Shown here piece after piece: positions 1 to 14,112 of a DNA stretch of 64,000 nucleotides. The notes under the pieces are model-generated. The model was not told the origin of the DNA and made no database searches. It saw only the letters and a list, made by a program, of their open reading frames with translations. Source of the DNA: Octopus sinensis (lineage: Eukaryota); assembly GCF_006345805.1 (NCBI RefSeq), contig NC_042997.1, positions 12,276,001-12,340,000 of the forward strand. The letters run 5' to 3'. Each line of letters starts with the position of its first letter. Position 1 is the first letter of the stretch. The position numbers and the translations under genes were made by a program.

Positions 1-374
1 CTTTAGTCGAACGAATCGACCCCAGGACTTATACTTTGTATGCCTAGTAATTATTCTATCGGTGTCTTTCGATGAACCGCTATATTACGGTGACGTAAAT
101 ACACCAACATCGGTTGAGAAGCGGTGGTTGTGGGGTGGGGGACAAAGACACAAAAATACCTACCGAAATACATACACATACGCACACACACACACCCATA
201 TACACAACGGGTTTCTTTCAGTTTCCGTCTATCAAATCAACTCAACTCACAAGGCTTTGGTCGGTCAGTGGTTATAGTAGAATACTCTTTCGCAATGTGC
301 CACGCAATGGAACCGAACCCGGAACCATGTGGCTGGGAAGCAAGCGTCTTACCACATAGCCACTCCTGCGCCTA
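1..374 (-). mobile_element. tRNA-headed SINE family A (head + internal TG/TA microsatellite + 3' body), cut by window edge
   Basis: Minus strand begins taggcgcaggagtggctatgtggtaag...ggttccgggttcggttcc (A-box/B-box like). The same head and body recur about 11 times in the window. Confidence 0.85.
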
Positions 375-404
375 TAATGCGTATATATATATATGATGCT
401 GCTG

Positions 405-428
405 CTGCTGATGATAATAATAACAATA

Positions 429-491
<63 letters not shown>

Positions 492-530
492 TACACACAA
501 CACCAACAAAACAATAATAATAATAATAAT

Positions 531-562
<32 letters not shown>

Positions 563-573
563 TAATAATAATA
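405..573. repeat. (AAT)n microsatellite flanking an R4/Dong-like fragment
   Basis: Direct reading of the array. Confidence 0.95.
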
Positions 574-1245
574 ACAACGAATATTCAACATAATATGTGG
601 AGATGGACAAGAGACAATAAATCATATTATCTCTAGCTGCCCAGTCCTGGCTCTAAGAAGGAATATATTCACAGAATGACAGAGTTGGACCTACATACAT
701 TGGAAGCTATGCCAACATTATGGATAACCAGAAAAAAGATGGGATAGGCACACACCAGAAAAGGTCACAGAAAACGAGAAAGCAACCTACTCGGGATATG
801 CCGATACACAGATAGAGAAATTAAGGCCAACCGACAGATATAGTTGTCAGAGATGAAGAATGAAGAAAAAAAATGCTTTCTAATGATGTATCAATACCGG
901 CAGATGACAAACGTGTCTCTAAAAGAAATGGAGAAACTCTCAAAATACAAAGACTGGAAATAGAGGTAACTAGAAGTGGAATCTGAAAAGAACGAAACAA
1001 TTCCTATCATAGTAGGTGCATTGGCATGATAAAAAATATTCAGACAAACACATAAACAAAAACACCAGGACTTACAAACACATATAACATATAGAAAATT
1101 GCACTACTAGGCACTGCACACATCCTACGCAGAACACTTTCCATACAATAACCATCAGAGCATCACAACAAATCACAGCACATACCCAAGGCACACAGAG
1201 CTGCGCTCGGTAGTGAAGTGAAAGCACGCTATAAAAATAAAACTA

Positions 1246-1248
<3 letters not shown>
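574..1248 (+). mobile_element. 5'-truncated, frameshifted R4/Dong-clade non-LTR retrotransposon (CCHC knuckle + restriction-like endonuclease + 3' UTR)
   Basis: Manual translation across frameshifts gives ICGDGQETINHIISSCPVLA (from 594), DMPIH.DREIKANR.DIVVRD, DVSIPADD, KEMEKLSKYKD, IPIIVGALGM, KIALLGTAHILRRTLS, with stop at 1149-1151. These are canonical RLE C-terminal motifs. (AAT)n lies on both sides. Confidence 0.85.
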
Positions 1249-1292
<44 letters not shown>

Positions 1293-1393
1293 TAATACTA
1301 ATAATAATAAGTAAATAAACTCATGCACGCATGACTACGCTCATATATACATCTCTACACGCACATACATATACATACGCGGATATGCAAAAC

Positions 1394-1469
<76 letters not shown>

Positions 1470-1656
1470 ATGTATATGCACACGCGTGTGTGAGTATGCA
1501 TATATATACATATGCATATGTGCATACATGTGTGTGTGCGTACATATATATGTGTGTGTACATGTGTGTATATGCGGATTGTATGAATGAAGTATTACTG
1601 CCATCACGCCTATTGGAGTAATTTCCCTTTACTCAACGGTTTTTCAATAGCGTTTT

Positions 1657-1727
1657 GTCTTAATAACTGATAAGATATCGGAGAGGACTTCATCTCCGGT
1701 ATCCTAAACTCTGAGTTTTATTATGAC
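1657..1727 (+). ncRNA. Decayed type I hammerhead ribozyme motif
   Basis: Helix I gtcttaataa/ttattatgac (9 of 10 bp), core CTGATAA (G8 to A), helix II gatatcggaga/tctccggtatc (11 bp incl. one G-U), CTAAAC in place of CGAAAC, palindromic helix III ACTC-T-GAGT, GUU triplet. Confidence 0.55.
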
Positions 1728-2223
1728 AACCAACTAACTGTCACATATTATATATGTGTGTGTGTGTGTGTATGTACAGAGAGAGAGAAAGAAAGAGAGA
1801 GAGAGAACTTTAAATAACAAATTAATAGCCATAACAATGAAACAGATAATAAAGTTAATGCAAGCGAAAAAAAATTATACTTCGTTGATATGATTGCAGT
1901 TACTATTATTAGCGTTATTGATATTACATTTCTCGTATTTGTTCGTGATGACATCGAATCCTTTGCTTTTTTTTATAACAGCCACAGTAATCCAACAATC
2001 CCCCACTGTCGATAAGTCATTTGATTTGACCTTTGCAACTTTTTTTTTTTAATCTTAGCAATGAGGCAATATCAAGAATTATTATGATATACACATAGCT
2101 GTAGAGTTTTTTCTTCGCCAGCGACTTTAAATGAAAATTTACGCCTCCCAACTAACAAAACAATCAATAGTGCAACCCAACATTTTTTTATTATATGTTT
2201 TAGGTGACTTTTCATTCTCTCTC

Positions 2224-2878
2224 TCTTTTACTCTTTTACTTGTTTCAGTCATTTGACTGCGGCCATGCTGGAGCACCGCCTTTAATCGAGCAACTCGACC
2301 CCGGGACTTATTCTTTTGTAAGCCCAGTACATATTCTATCGGTCTCTTTTGCCAAACCGCTAAGTAAAAGCTCTATCTGCGACGATTTCATCTCAATCGA
2401 AGGAGAGGGGCTTTCTCCGTCCGGGTTGCGGATCCGTGGAATAAGCTGCCGGACGAGATAATGAAGATGCCGACGACCGCTCGGTTCAAAGTCTCCCTTG
2501 ACCACAAATGGCCTGAACTCTTTGCATGAACACCACCCTGTACATAAATCCGTGTCCCCCTACATGGCCTTGATTTTTGCTTTTTGAGCCAAAAAATTAA
2601 CTTAACTTAACTTAACTAACGGGGACATAAACACACGAGCATCGGTTGTCAAACAATGCTAGGGGGACAAACACAGACGCACAAACACACACATGCATAT
2701 ATATATATATACATATATACGACGGGCTTCTTTCAGTTTCCGTCTACCAAATCCACTCACAAGGCTTTGGTCGGCCCGAGGCTATAGTAGAAGACACTTG
2801 CCCAAGGTGCCACGCAGTGGGACTGAACCCGGAACCATGTGGTTGGTAAACAAGCTACTTACCACACAGCCACTCCTG
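2224..2878 (-). mobile_element. SINE family A, interrupted by a CR1 3' fragment
   Basis: The head at 2715-2878 and tail at 2224-2365 match other copies. The body is split at ccgctaagtaa|...|ggggacataaac. Confidence 0.85.
2366..2620 (+). mobile_element. 3' end of a CR1-type LINE (family 2) with (AACTT/AACT)n tail
   Basis: Translates RRFHLNRRRGAFSVRVADPWNKLPDEIMKMPTTARFKVSLDHKWPELFA*, matching the CR1 C-terminal FSxRVxxxWNxLP...FKxxLD motif. A second copy is at 48236-48590. Confidence 0.8.
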
Positions 2879-3160
2879 TCTTGTGGGACATGAATTTAAA
2901 TTTTATTTTCTTTTTTCGTATTCCTTCAGAATATTTATTGGGGAATATTTGTTGTTACATGCTGATTTCTTGAATATGTTGGAGCCGTTTTGATGTCCAA
3001 CTGTTTTTAGCTGGGTAAGAGTCATATAAATTATATTTGCCTTCGTAACCGACTTTCTCATCACCGTTGTATATATGTGTGTGTTTGTGTGTGAGCGTGT
3101 GTTTGTGTGTGTGTGTGTATGCATGTGTATGTGTGTGTATGTGTGTGTGTATGCGTGTGT

Positions 3161-3432
3161 TTATTACCTCCATCTTCGCTAATGCAGAGGTATTGTTTTC
3201 AGTCGTGTTTGTTTGCTTGTTTGTCCGTGGACAAGATATCTCAAGAACTACTGGATGGATTCAGATGAAACTTTCAGAGACGTTTAGCCTTGTGACTGGC
3301 ACGAACTGGTTAAATTTTGCGATCGATCCGGTACCGACAAGGATTCTGGAATATTTTTCCTTCTTCGTTTACTTAATTTTTGTGAGCGTTCGGGTTCATT
3401 TTTAGTATTCTCATTTGTGAGAGCAGTCGAGT
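3161..3432 (+). mobile_element. Helentron/Helitron2-type non-autonomous element (HINE/DINE-1-like), partial
   Basis: Starts ttattacctc...gaggta (5' hairpin, 3165-3192), then GTTT microsatellite and aactactggatggattcagatgaaactt, the architecture typical of HINEs (recognised from memory). Confidence 0.6.
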
Positions 3433-4631
3433 ATTTCACTATTACTTTATATTATCGATTCTGATGCAAGGAAACAAAAACTTGACCTCGATGGAACTTG
3501 AACTCAAAACGTAAAAAACGAAGAAATGTCAATAATCATTTTGTGCGACGTGCTAAGGATGCCACCATCTCTCTGCCTTAAGTATACACCGCAAAAAAAG
3601 CTCATACATCCACACAAGAACGTTAATAATTAGTGTTATATTTATCTGGGGATCAATGACACAAAATTGCATAAACCAATGTGGATGGTAGACAATTCGT
3701 TGCGATCAATCCTCGGCATGTTGCTTTTGAGGTTGCTAGTTCTGTTGTTGATTTCGTTGTGCAACTGGTGATGATTGTTGGCTTGTTGCTATTGTAAATA
3801 CCGCTATTCCCTGTCCGCTCAATGCTTGTCTTTAGGCCAGCAAAATATTATTCACTATAGATAGTTGTTTCGCTGCCTACACTCTCCGTGCTTTTCATCA
3901 GTTGTCTATATCCGAGGTCAAGCAGTGGAAATGAACCCGAAATCATGTCTTTGGGATGCCTGAGCTATGATGATGATGATGACGATTATAACCATTTTCA
4001 ATTTTGCCTCAATGCTAGCAATTTTGAGAGAGTTGGATAAGTTGGTAACGTTTCCTAAAGTACTCAAATGGTACTTTATCTTATGGACCGTGAAAGGTAG
4101 AAAAGGAAAGTTGATCTTCGTGAGATTTAAACTTAGAACATAAAGAGCCGGGAGAAATATTGGTAAACATCTTGTTCGACACACTAATGACCGTACCTGC
4201 TCAACTCCTTAACCCAAATATACCTCTGGTTTTGTTTTCGCAACGTAAAACACGCTCCTACTTGTATGGAAATGGACTCACTACAAATGAACTCGCTGGA
4301 AATGGACTCGCTGACCGAGCAGACGAAATGTTCAGTAGGTATTCGACACCCGTAGCTAACAGTTGCATACTGTCCTTCTCTTCCAGATTGTGAAAGCTTA
4401 ACATAAACGTTTGATCTAAATACAGTGAAATTGTAAGACTTCATTTTTTTATGGACATATATGGGTTAATAATAATGAGAACTTTAAATTTTGGGACAAG
4501 ACCATCAGTTTTATGGGGCAGGTTTTAATCGATTACATCGCCCATAGTACTTGACTGGAGTACTTTTTTATTGATTCGAAAGGTAAAAACCAGAAGCGAT
4601 ACTTGTAAGCGTTTCTATTATCTTCCAGCCT

Positions 4632-4696
<65 letters not shown>

Positions 4697-4867
4697 ATAG
4701 TAAGGTGCAGGCATGACTGTGTGGTAAGAAGCTTGATTCCCAACCACAAAGTTCTGAGTCCAGTCCTACTGTGTGGCACCTTCGACAAGTGACTTCTGCT
4801 ATAGCCTCGGGCCGATCAAAGCTTTGTGAATGGATTTGGTAGACGGAAACTGAAAGAAGCTCGTCGT

Positions 4868-4914
<47 letters not shown>

Positions 4915-4943
4915 CATACATGTATGTATGTTTGTATATATAA

Positions 4944-6319
<1,376 letters not shown>

Positions 6320-6970
6320 CGGTGTATGTGTATGTGTTTTAGTGTGTATGAATACATATAATTATGTGAGTGTATGGATCAGTGTGTATGTGTTTGTCTC
6401 GCCTCCTTTGTTTTGTTTTGTGTGAACGAGGAAAAGTTATTTTCCAAGTCGTCGTCAACGGATAAATGCCAGCAGATATAGGCAAAGGTATCTGTTGCTA
6501 ACGAAGTAATTAAGAGAGTAACACTTTTGCAGTTTCGATATTGCCATTCAGTAAACAGGAACGCTATAATGTTGAAAGAAGTGAAAAATCAATAACAAGA
6601 TGGACGTAGCTAAGTTGTATAGCATTATTCCTAACGATTGTTATTCACCTTACTCATTCATTTATCATCAACACTCGCCTCGACGACTTCTGAATACTTG
6701 TTTACTCATTTTTATAACTTAATGTTTTAGATTTGGTTTCGATGGAATATTAGTTATTTTTCTCCTTTCTCATAGAGAGGTAAGCGCGAGCGTGTTTACA
6801 TTTATGTATGGTTATAATATCGATATTATTATGTATGTGTGTTTGCTATGAACGAATATTATGTTTGTGTATTAGGTATGATATCAGCGTATTAATGTAA
6901 TTACGCAAGAGTATTAGCTATTTTTCCTTCGTAGGATATGATTGTATAAGAATACATAGTATAGGCAAGA

Positions 6971-7016
<46 letters not shown>

Positions 7017-7075
7017 GTATATACAGTGAGATGCATGTTTAGGAGTTCGAATGCAAAAGAATGTAATCTCGCTTT

Positions 7076-7482
7076 TTTACTCTTTTACTTGTTTCAGTCA
7101 TTTGACTGTGGCCATGCTGGGGCACCGCTTTTAGTCGAGCAAATCGACCGCAGGACTTATTCTTTGTATGCCTAGTGCTTATTCTATCGATCTGTTTTGC
7201 CGAACCGCTAAGTTACGGCGACGTAAACACACCAGTATCGGTTGCCAAGCGATGCTGTGGGGACAAACACAGACAAACAAACATATACAAACACATATAT
7301 ATATATATACATATATACGACTGGCTTCTTTCAGTTTCCGTCTACCAAATCCACTCACAAGGTTTTGGTCGACCCGGAGCTATAGTAGAAGACACTTGCC
7401 CAAGGTGCCGTGCAGTGGGACTGAACCCGGAACCATGTGGCTGGATAACAAGCAACTTACCACACAGCCACTCCTACGCCTA
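7076..7482 (-). mobile_element. SINE family A, near full length
   Basis: Head, central microsatellite and CR1-like tail are all present. Confidence 0.9.
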
Positions 7483-8093
7483 TGTACTTCATATATCGTG
7501 TAAACTATAAAGTGTAATTTAATGTGCTTCTTTCTGGTAACTCGAAGTTCATACCATGATGATCAGCATTTAAGTGATGGCATTAATTGGCCTTTCTTCG
7601 TATTTTACTCGTTTGGTATCTGCCATGTGCATGTGTATGTATGTTCGTGTGCGTGTATGTGTATACATATTCATATAAAAATATATGTGTATACACATAA
7701 AAGCACACGCACACATACATGCACACACACAAATACACCCACACAACACACACTCATACACACGGGCATACCTGTATATATATGTATATCTAATCATTGC
7801 TACGTGCCGTGAACGATCTCGTGTTTCAGCGATCCCTGTAGATATTTTCTTCCGGGAATATTTTATTTAAACAAGTAATTTTGTTTTGTGCTTCATTTTA
7901 CCAAGGTGAACATCGACTAATCCCCTATTATGTCCGGCCGGAATAGCTGCCTTGTTCATAGACATTTGTTTTGTATTTAAAATTACTGGATATATCCATT
8001 GTGTTTGATTACAAGAGGCTCGATATAGTTATTTGTAAGTTAAGAGGTAGAACTTCTAGTCAAGAATATACCAGCAGCACATATATCCATGAC

Positions 8094-8481
8094 GTGGAGG
8101 CGCAATGACCCAGTGGTTAGGGCAGCAGACTCGCGGTCATAGGATCGCGGTTTCGATTCCCAGACCGGGCGTTGTGAGTGTTTATTGAGCGAAAACACCT
8201 AAAGCTCCACGAGGCTCCGGCAGGGGATGGTGGTGATCCCTGTTGTACTCTTTCACCACAACTTTCTCTCACTCTTACTTCCTGTTTCTGTTGTACCTGT
8301 ATTTCAAAGGGCCGGCCTTGTCACTCTCCGTGTCACGCTGAATATCCCCGAGAACTACGTTAAGGGTACACGTGTCTGTGGAGTGCTCAGTTACTTACAC
8401 GTTAATTTCACGAGCAGGCTGTTCCGTTGATTCGGATCAACCGGAACCCTCGTCGTCGTAACAGACGGAGTGATTCCATAC
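8094..8481 (+). mobile_element. SINE family C, full length, with 11-bp target-site duplication
   Basis: Head gtggaggcgcaatgacccagtggttagggc...ggtttcgattccc (A/B boxes). 3' hairpin gttccgttgat-tcgg-atcaaccggaac. TSD atatccatgac at 8083-8093 and 8482-8492. Confidence 0.9.
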
Positions 8482-10335
8482 ATATCCATGACAGTTTAAA
8501 GACTTTGAGACGGACTAAGAAATGACGACAGAAATTATTAAACACAGTTATAAACTGAAATATAATCTTAAGCTTAAATGACATAAACAAAATTGCCACT
8601 GCCATAGAAAACCATTGCCTCTATCAAAAACCACACCAGTGATAACAACACATAGTACATTCTTAGTAGAAATATCAAACAAGAAGCAATAATAGGTATA
8701 CCACGAGGGAGTATTTGCTTTTTCTTGAGTATTTAATCTGGCAAAAAAACAAGGTGGGATGTCACATACATATGTTTCCTTTTTAAAGTTCGGAGGTGAC
8801 TACTATATGGCCTTCGAAGAAATTTTGGAGAGAGCCTTGAAAAATGTGTTACTAAACAAGTCTTCCCTCGACCAGAGCAGGGCGTATGGGAGCGTGTATC
8901 TTGTATTTAACACTGTAGACAAGCAATGAGACAGGAAAAGCTATCTGTTCACAGATATCTACTGCAATGTACGGGGAAAACAAATGTGTTTCATGGTAAG
9001 AGATGATGACTTCAGTCTTTGGTTTGTCGTCAGTTTTGTGGTGAGTAGTTGCATGAAGTGTACAAGGTAGGCTATCTTCCAACAGACCATAGCTCATAAC
9101 AGATATCCATGTCTTGATGTACCTCGAAGATCAAAAGTCTATCAAAGAGCTGTGCCATATTGAGGTATCACAGGGGAAATCCCGGTGGTGGCTCTGAGTC
9201 GAAGTACGAGTTACAACACAGATGGGTGAAATGTTACGTGAATGTCTTTTCCTAAGCATAAGAAGCAAATTATAAGGAAATAAATATTTCAGCAAGCAGC
9301 AGTGGGTACTGAAGTGACATAAAACAGCAGACCGGTAATTGGGAAGATGCTGATATTCGTATTTTAACATGGATTAAGTTATACACCCATTCCTCCCTAT
9401 TAGGTAGGACGATATCTAGTGGTCTCGTATGGGTTTGAATTTTCAAAACCCTTGGTACATCTATAGGTTGTTTTCAAGATCGTTTTCTATTTTATGGTCA
9501 CACCATTTCCACAGATGTTTGAATCTAACTTTTTAGATAAATTCGCCAATATAAAGTCTGTTACAACTTAGTCATACCTCCAGTACATATAAACGTACAA
9601 AGCACTAAGGAACGCAGTTGGCCGGGTCAAGTTTTGATATGAACAATGACAAGCGGGCAGAGAAACATCGAAATTTCAGTGGAATACTTTAAAGACCTAC
9701 AAGTCTAGTTCTGAACAAAATTGGCGTTAGAATGAACTTCTATGAGGTAAAGCCTGAAAGAAACAGGATCATATAATGGGAAGGTCCTGCATAAAGTTTT
9801 CGTAGCTTCACTCTTCTATTTTGATAAAAACAGAAAACTTAATATAGGCAATTCCCACGACTGACATTGTTCCAATCTAAAATTGGTTACGGGCATCTTT
9901 TAAACTCGAGTTTATGTGGAGTTTGAGGCTAGAAAACAGTTGGTGGAAGAGAAATGTAGAGTGTCCGTGTAGAGATTCCATCCCCATCACTTTGAATGTG
10001 TTTTATCCAATCTCTATTTGGCGTTACTTATCTAAATATTTTGTTTTAATTATGGTCTATTTTATTCAACCTAAAACGCAAATTGTGCATTTTAAACTTT
10101 TATCCAATTTTTAATATGTTCAATGTATAACCTCCGTCGTTTTAATATTTGGTGTCTTATCCATTCCTTGAAAGTTTTGTAACCTCCATTTACTTCATCG
10201 ATAACATGTGTCTATGCATTTAAGGGCCGTGGGGCTAATAATGAACTACGACTACTACTACTACTACTACTACTACTAGTAGTAGTAGTAGTGGTGGTGA
10301 TGGAGGTGGTAGTAGTAGTGGTGGTGGTGATGGAG

Positions 10336-10369
<34 letters not shown>

Positions 10370-10376
10370 CAGCAGC

Positions 10377-10427
<51 letters not shown>

Positions 10428-10980
10428 GGTGGTAGTGTATGTTGAATGAGAGAATAGGTAATATACTGGACAATACCCTGCGGCATATAAGTTACGTCCC
10501 TTTTCATTCTGAGATTAAATCCTGCTTAGGGCAACAAAATAATCAATCAAGTACTGGAATTGATTTATTCGAATCTAAAAACCATTTCACCTCCCTCCCC
10601 GCACCTCACCACTACCTACCATCATGTATCCTCTTATACCGATGTTAGACATCGTTGCTATTATAATTTTCTCTTTTGTTATTTTTCTCTTTTTGTTTAA
10701 GCCTAAGGTTAGCTCTGATCTACATATTATAGGATGGGAGGCAGTATTGATTATCTTTATGAAAACAGCTTCATTGTATTTATATATATATTTTTTGTTT
10801 TTTCTTTGTTTGCTTTTGAGTTTTGCTTTTAGAAATTTATTACTGCGCTGTGTATCTTCTATGTCGATTACATTTAAGTTTAACAATTACACATGTCTAT
10901 CATAACTCTCCAACATAGATTGTACTTAGCTTTCAATATTTCTCTCAAAATTAAAAATCTATTTGTTTTAATACAAGGTA

Positions 10981-11391
10981 CTCTTTTACTCTTTTACTTG
11001 TTTCAGTCATTTGACTGCGGCCATGCTGGAGCACCACCTTTAGTCGAGCAAATCGACCCCAGGACTTACTCTTTGTAAGCCTAGCACTTATTCTATCGGT
11101 CTGTTTTGCTGAACCGCTAAGTGACGGGGACGTAAACACACCGTCATCGGTTGTCAATCGATTTTGGGGAGACAAACACAGACACATAAACATATCGACA
11201 CACATACATATATATATATATTTAAATATATACGACGGGATTCTTTCAGTTTCCGTCTACCGAATCCACTCACAAGGTTTTGGTCGGCCCGAGGCTAAAG
11301 TAGAAGACACTTGCCCAAGGTTCCACGGAGTGGGACTGAATCTGGAACCAAGTGGTTTGTAAGCAAGCTACTATCCACATAGCCACTCCTT
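10981..11391 (-). mobile_element. SINE family A, near full length
   Basis: Same head, body and tail as other copies. Confidence 0.9.
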
Positions 11392-11652
11392 GCTCGTGGA
11401 ATTAACGTGCAAGTGACTGAGCACTCCAAAAATACGTGTACTCTTCAAGCAGTTCTCAGGGAGATTCAGCGTGACACAGAGTGTGACAAGGCTGGCCCTT
11501 TGAAATACAGGTACCACTCATTTTTGCCATCTGAATGAACTGGAGCAACGTGAAATAAAGTGACTTGCTCAATACACAACGCGCCGCTGGGAATCGAATT
11601 CTCGACCTTACGATCATCTGCCGAATGCCTCTAACCATTAAGCCACGTGCCT
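11392..11652 (-). mobile_element. SINE family C, internally deleted, abutting SINE A
   Basis: Reverse complement of the family C head (gcacgtggcttaatggttagagg) and of the body seen at 8290-8410. Confidence 0.75.
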
Positions 11653-11797
11653 TCACATACATACACACATAAATATATACACAATACATGCATAATGCAT
11701 ACATACATACATACATAAATACATACATACATACATACATACATACATACATACATACATACATACATACATACATACATACATACATGCATACATA

Positions 11798-12180
11798 GTG
11801 AAGAGAAAATGTGCACAGTTGTGGAATTTAGCTGCCCAGTAATGCTGACATAAATCTGAAGATTAGAGAAAAAGAGAACACCTACGCTGAACTATTGAGA
11901 AATCTGCAGTTACTCTATCCAGATTACAAAATCAAGTTTATATCTGTGATTAATGGGACCCTGGAATATGTAGCACACTGCCTAAACACCAAATTTGAGA
12001 AATTAGGCTTCTCAAAATCAGAAAGAAGGAAGCTAATTTAAAGACTACAGATCCATTTCATCACTGGAACTGTAAAAATCTGTAAAACACTCCAGAAGTT
12101 TATCATTTAAATATATATGAGCGTGTCTAGGTATGCAACTAAATGCATGAGAATGTATAAATAAAACATACAAATCTGCA
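11798..12180 (+). mobile_element. 3' fragment of a second RLE-type (R4-like) non-LTR retrotransposon within a (CATA)n array
   Basis: Translates EEKMCTVVEFSCP / ADINLKIREKENTYAELLRNLQLLYPDYKIKFISVINGTLEYV...GTVKICKTLQKFII* (stop 12108-12110). AATAAA near 12160. (CATA)n lies immediately 5' (11700-11797) and 3' (12181 on). Confidence 0.7.
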
Positions 12181-12413
12181 CATACATACATATATATATA
12201 TGTGTATGTATATACGTATGTATATATATATATATATATATATACAAAATTAGAAAATAGAGAAACATACTTAAATCAATCAAACATCAACCATCAGATA
12301 ATACCCAATCAATACTTTATTACACCATTACATAACAGCAAAGACATTATACAAAATATATTGTAAATATAATTAGAAAAGGAAATATAAATATAAAATA
12401 CAATTACATCATA

Positions 12414-12524
12414 TCTGACAGCTGTTTCGGCCGTGAGGACAAGTATGCCTCATTTAACCTATAAGCCATATAAGGCAGGTATAAATGAGACATTAACAAG
12501 GATGTCCCACGGCCTCTTCAGAGA
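12414..12524 (-). ncRNA. Type I hammerhead ribozyme with 86-nt helix II (probable Penelope-like terminal repeat)
   Basis: Minus strand: tct CTGAAGA ggccgtgggaca...tgtcctcacggcc GAAAC agct GTC aga. Core intact; helix III palindrome ACAGCTGT; helix I only 3 bp; downstream AATAAA (plus-strand tttatt 12316-12321). Confidence 0.75.
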
Positions 12525-12846
12525 ATTTAATTTAATATAAGTGTGAAAAAAATTTTACATATAAATATAAAAATATAAAAATGTGTGCATAGACACTCAT
12601 AATACTACACACATATATATATATATATATACACATTAATACAATAATACAATATAAGCAAAATATATCAATATACATTAACAAACACAGTTATTTTACA
12701 TATTGGACTCCTAGTTCCATAACTAACATCAAGGAAAATATATGCACACTCACATTTAAATTTAAATCAGACATATATACATAAAAAAATAAAAAACACA
12801 CATTTCAGTTCATAAAAAAGTATAACCCTACAAAAAGTCAATAAAA

Positions 12847-12886
<40 letters not shown>

Positions 12887-12927
12887 TAATAATAATAATA
12901 ATAATAATAATATAATAATAATAATAA

Positions 12928-13403
12928 TGTCTTGGTATAAAAGATGGGCTACAGCAAATATTCTGCTCAATACCACAGATTTGCTTGTCAGTTGTTTGAC
13001 CTTAACCAGTTGAGCATGTCCCTTAGTGGCTGACGATATGTGCATCCCTGATCACGAGCAGAAGTAGTGGGGGAGCATTATAGCCATGTGTTGAGAGGGA
13101 TTCTTTGGGGTTTGAATAATTCACCTCCGGAAACATGGGTGGTTCTTTCAACATCCTTAAACAACCCTTATTCAGGGACCTTTTGAGCGGGATGGGCTAC
13201 TCAAACTGAAGAAAATTCTAACTGGGCCCCACCTGCAAGGTCATGTGCTGTTTATCGTGATATGAGATCACCATGTCGCGCACATATGGTTGTGATGCAT
13301 GTGCCTGGTGTACCCTTATCAGACGGGTAGTCATGATGGGTATATTGGGCTTCGTATATTTTACCCCAGTGTCACTTTGATGGCATGCACTGCTCTCTCA
13401 CTC
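12928..13403 (+). mobile_element. ~475-bp non-coding interspersed element flanked by (AAT)n on both sides (likely retroelement 3' UTR or SINE)
   Basis: A second partial copy in reverse at 17056-17165 also abuts an AAT/ATT array. No recognisable ORF. Confidence 0.6.
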
Positions 13404-13438
<35 letters not shown>

Positions 13439-13537
13439 TAATAATAATAATAACAACCATGACTGTACCATGTACATCAAGCGGACATCTACATATCAAT
13501 AAGTCTAATATATATATATATATATATATATATGTGT

Positions 13538-13579
<42 letters not shown>

Positions 13580-14063
13580 GTGTATTTATGTATGTATTTC
13601 TGTGTTCCTTTTGGTCCTCTTGGTCCACAGTTTCTTCCCTACACCAACCTCCCAACCCGCTTGGTTCCCTGCTCCCGCCTACACTGCCACCTTTGCCCTT
13701 ACCACTCCAACACCACCCTCCACACCGGCATCCGTCATTCACCCTATCATAACACAAACTCCTTCACCTATATATATATGTGTGTGTGTGCGTGTGTGTG
13801 TTCGTGTGTGTGTTCGTGTGTGTGTGTGTATGTGTGTGTGCATATGTGGAATAGATAAATAACCGACAACTGATGAATGGTCATTCTTTATGCTACTTGT
13901 TTTGTTTTCCATTTGCTTCTTTCCTTCTTCACAAAGAAATTTCGCATTCCATGTTTTCGTATTTCATGTTGTTTACGTTTTATGACTTCCTGTACCCATA
14001 TATGCATATGTATATACATATAAATGTAAGTTTGTACATATATGTATATATGTATATATATAT

Positions 14064-14107
<44 letters not shown>

Positions 14108-14112
14108 ATATA

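Noticed and set aside
8094-8170. tRNA-like sequences (also heads of SINE A, B, D)
   Set aside because: They lack a complete cloverleaf and continue into SINE bodies; treated as SINE heads, not tRNA genes.
8600-9950. Unique, slightly GC-richer stretch with a faint integrase-like RATTGISP string on the minus strand
   Set aside because: No second motif recovered by eye; needs tBLASTx/HMM search before any call.
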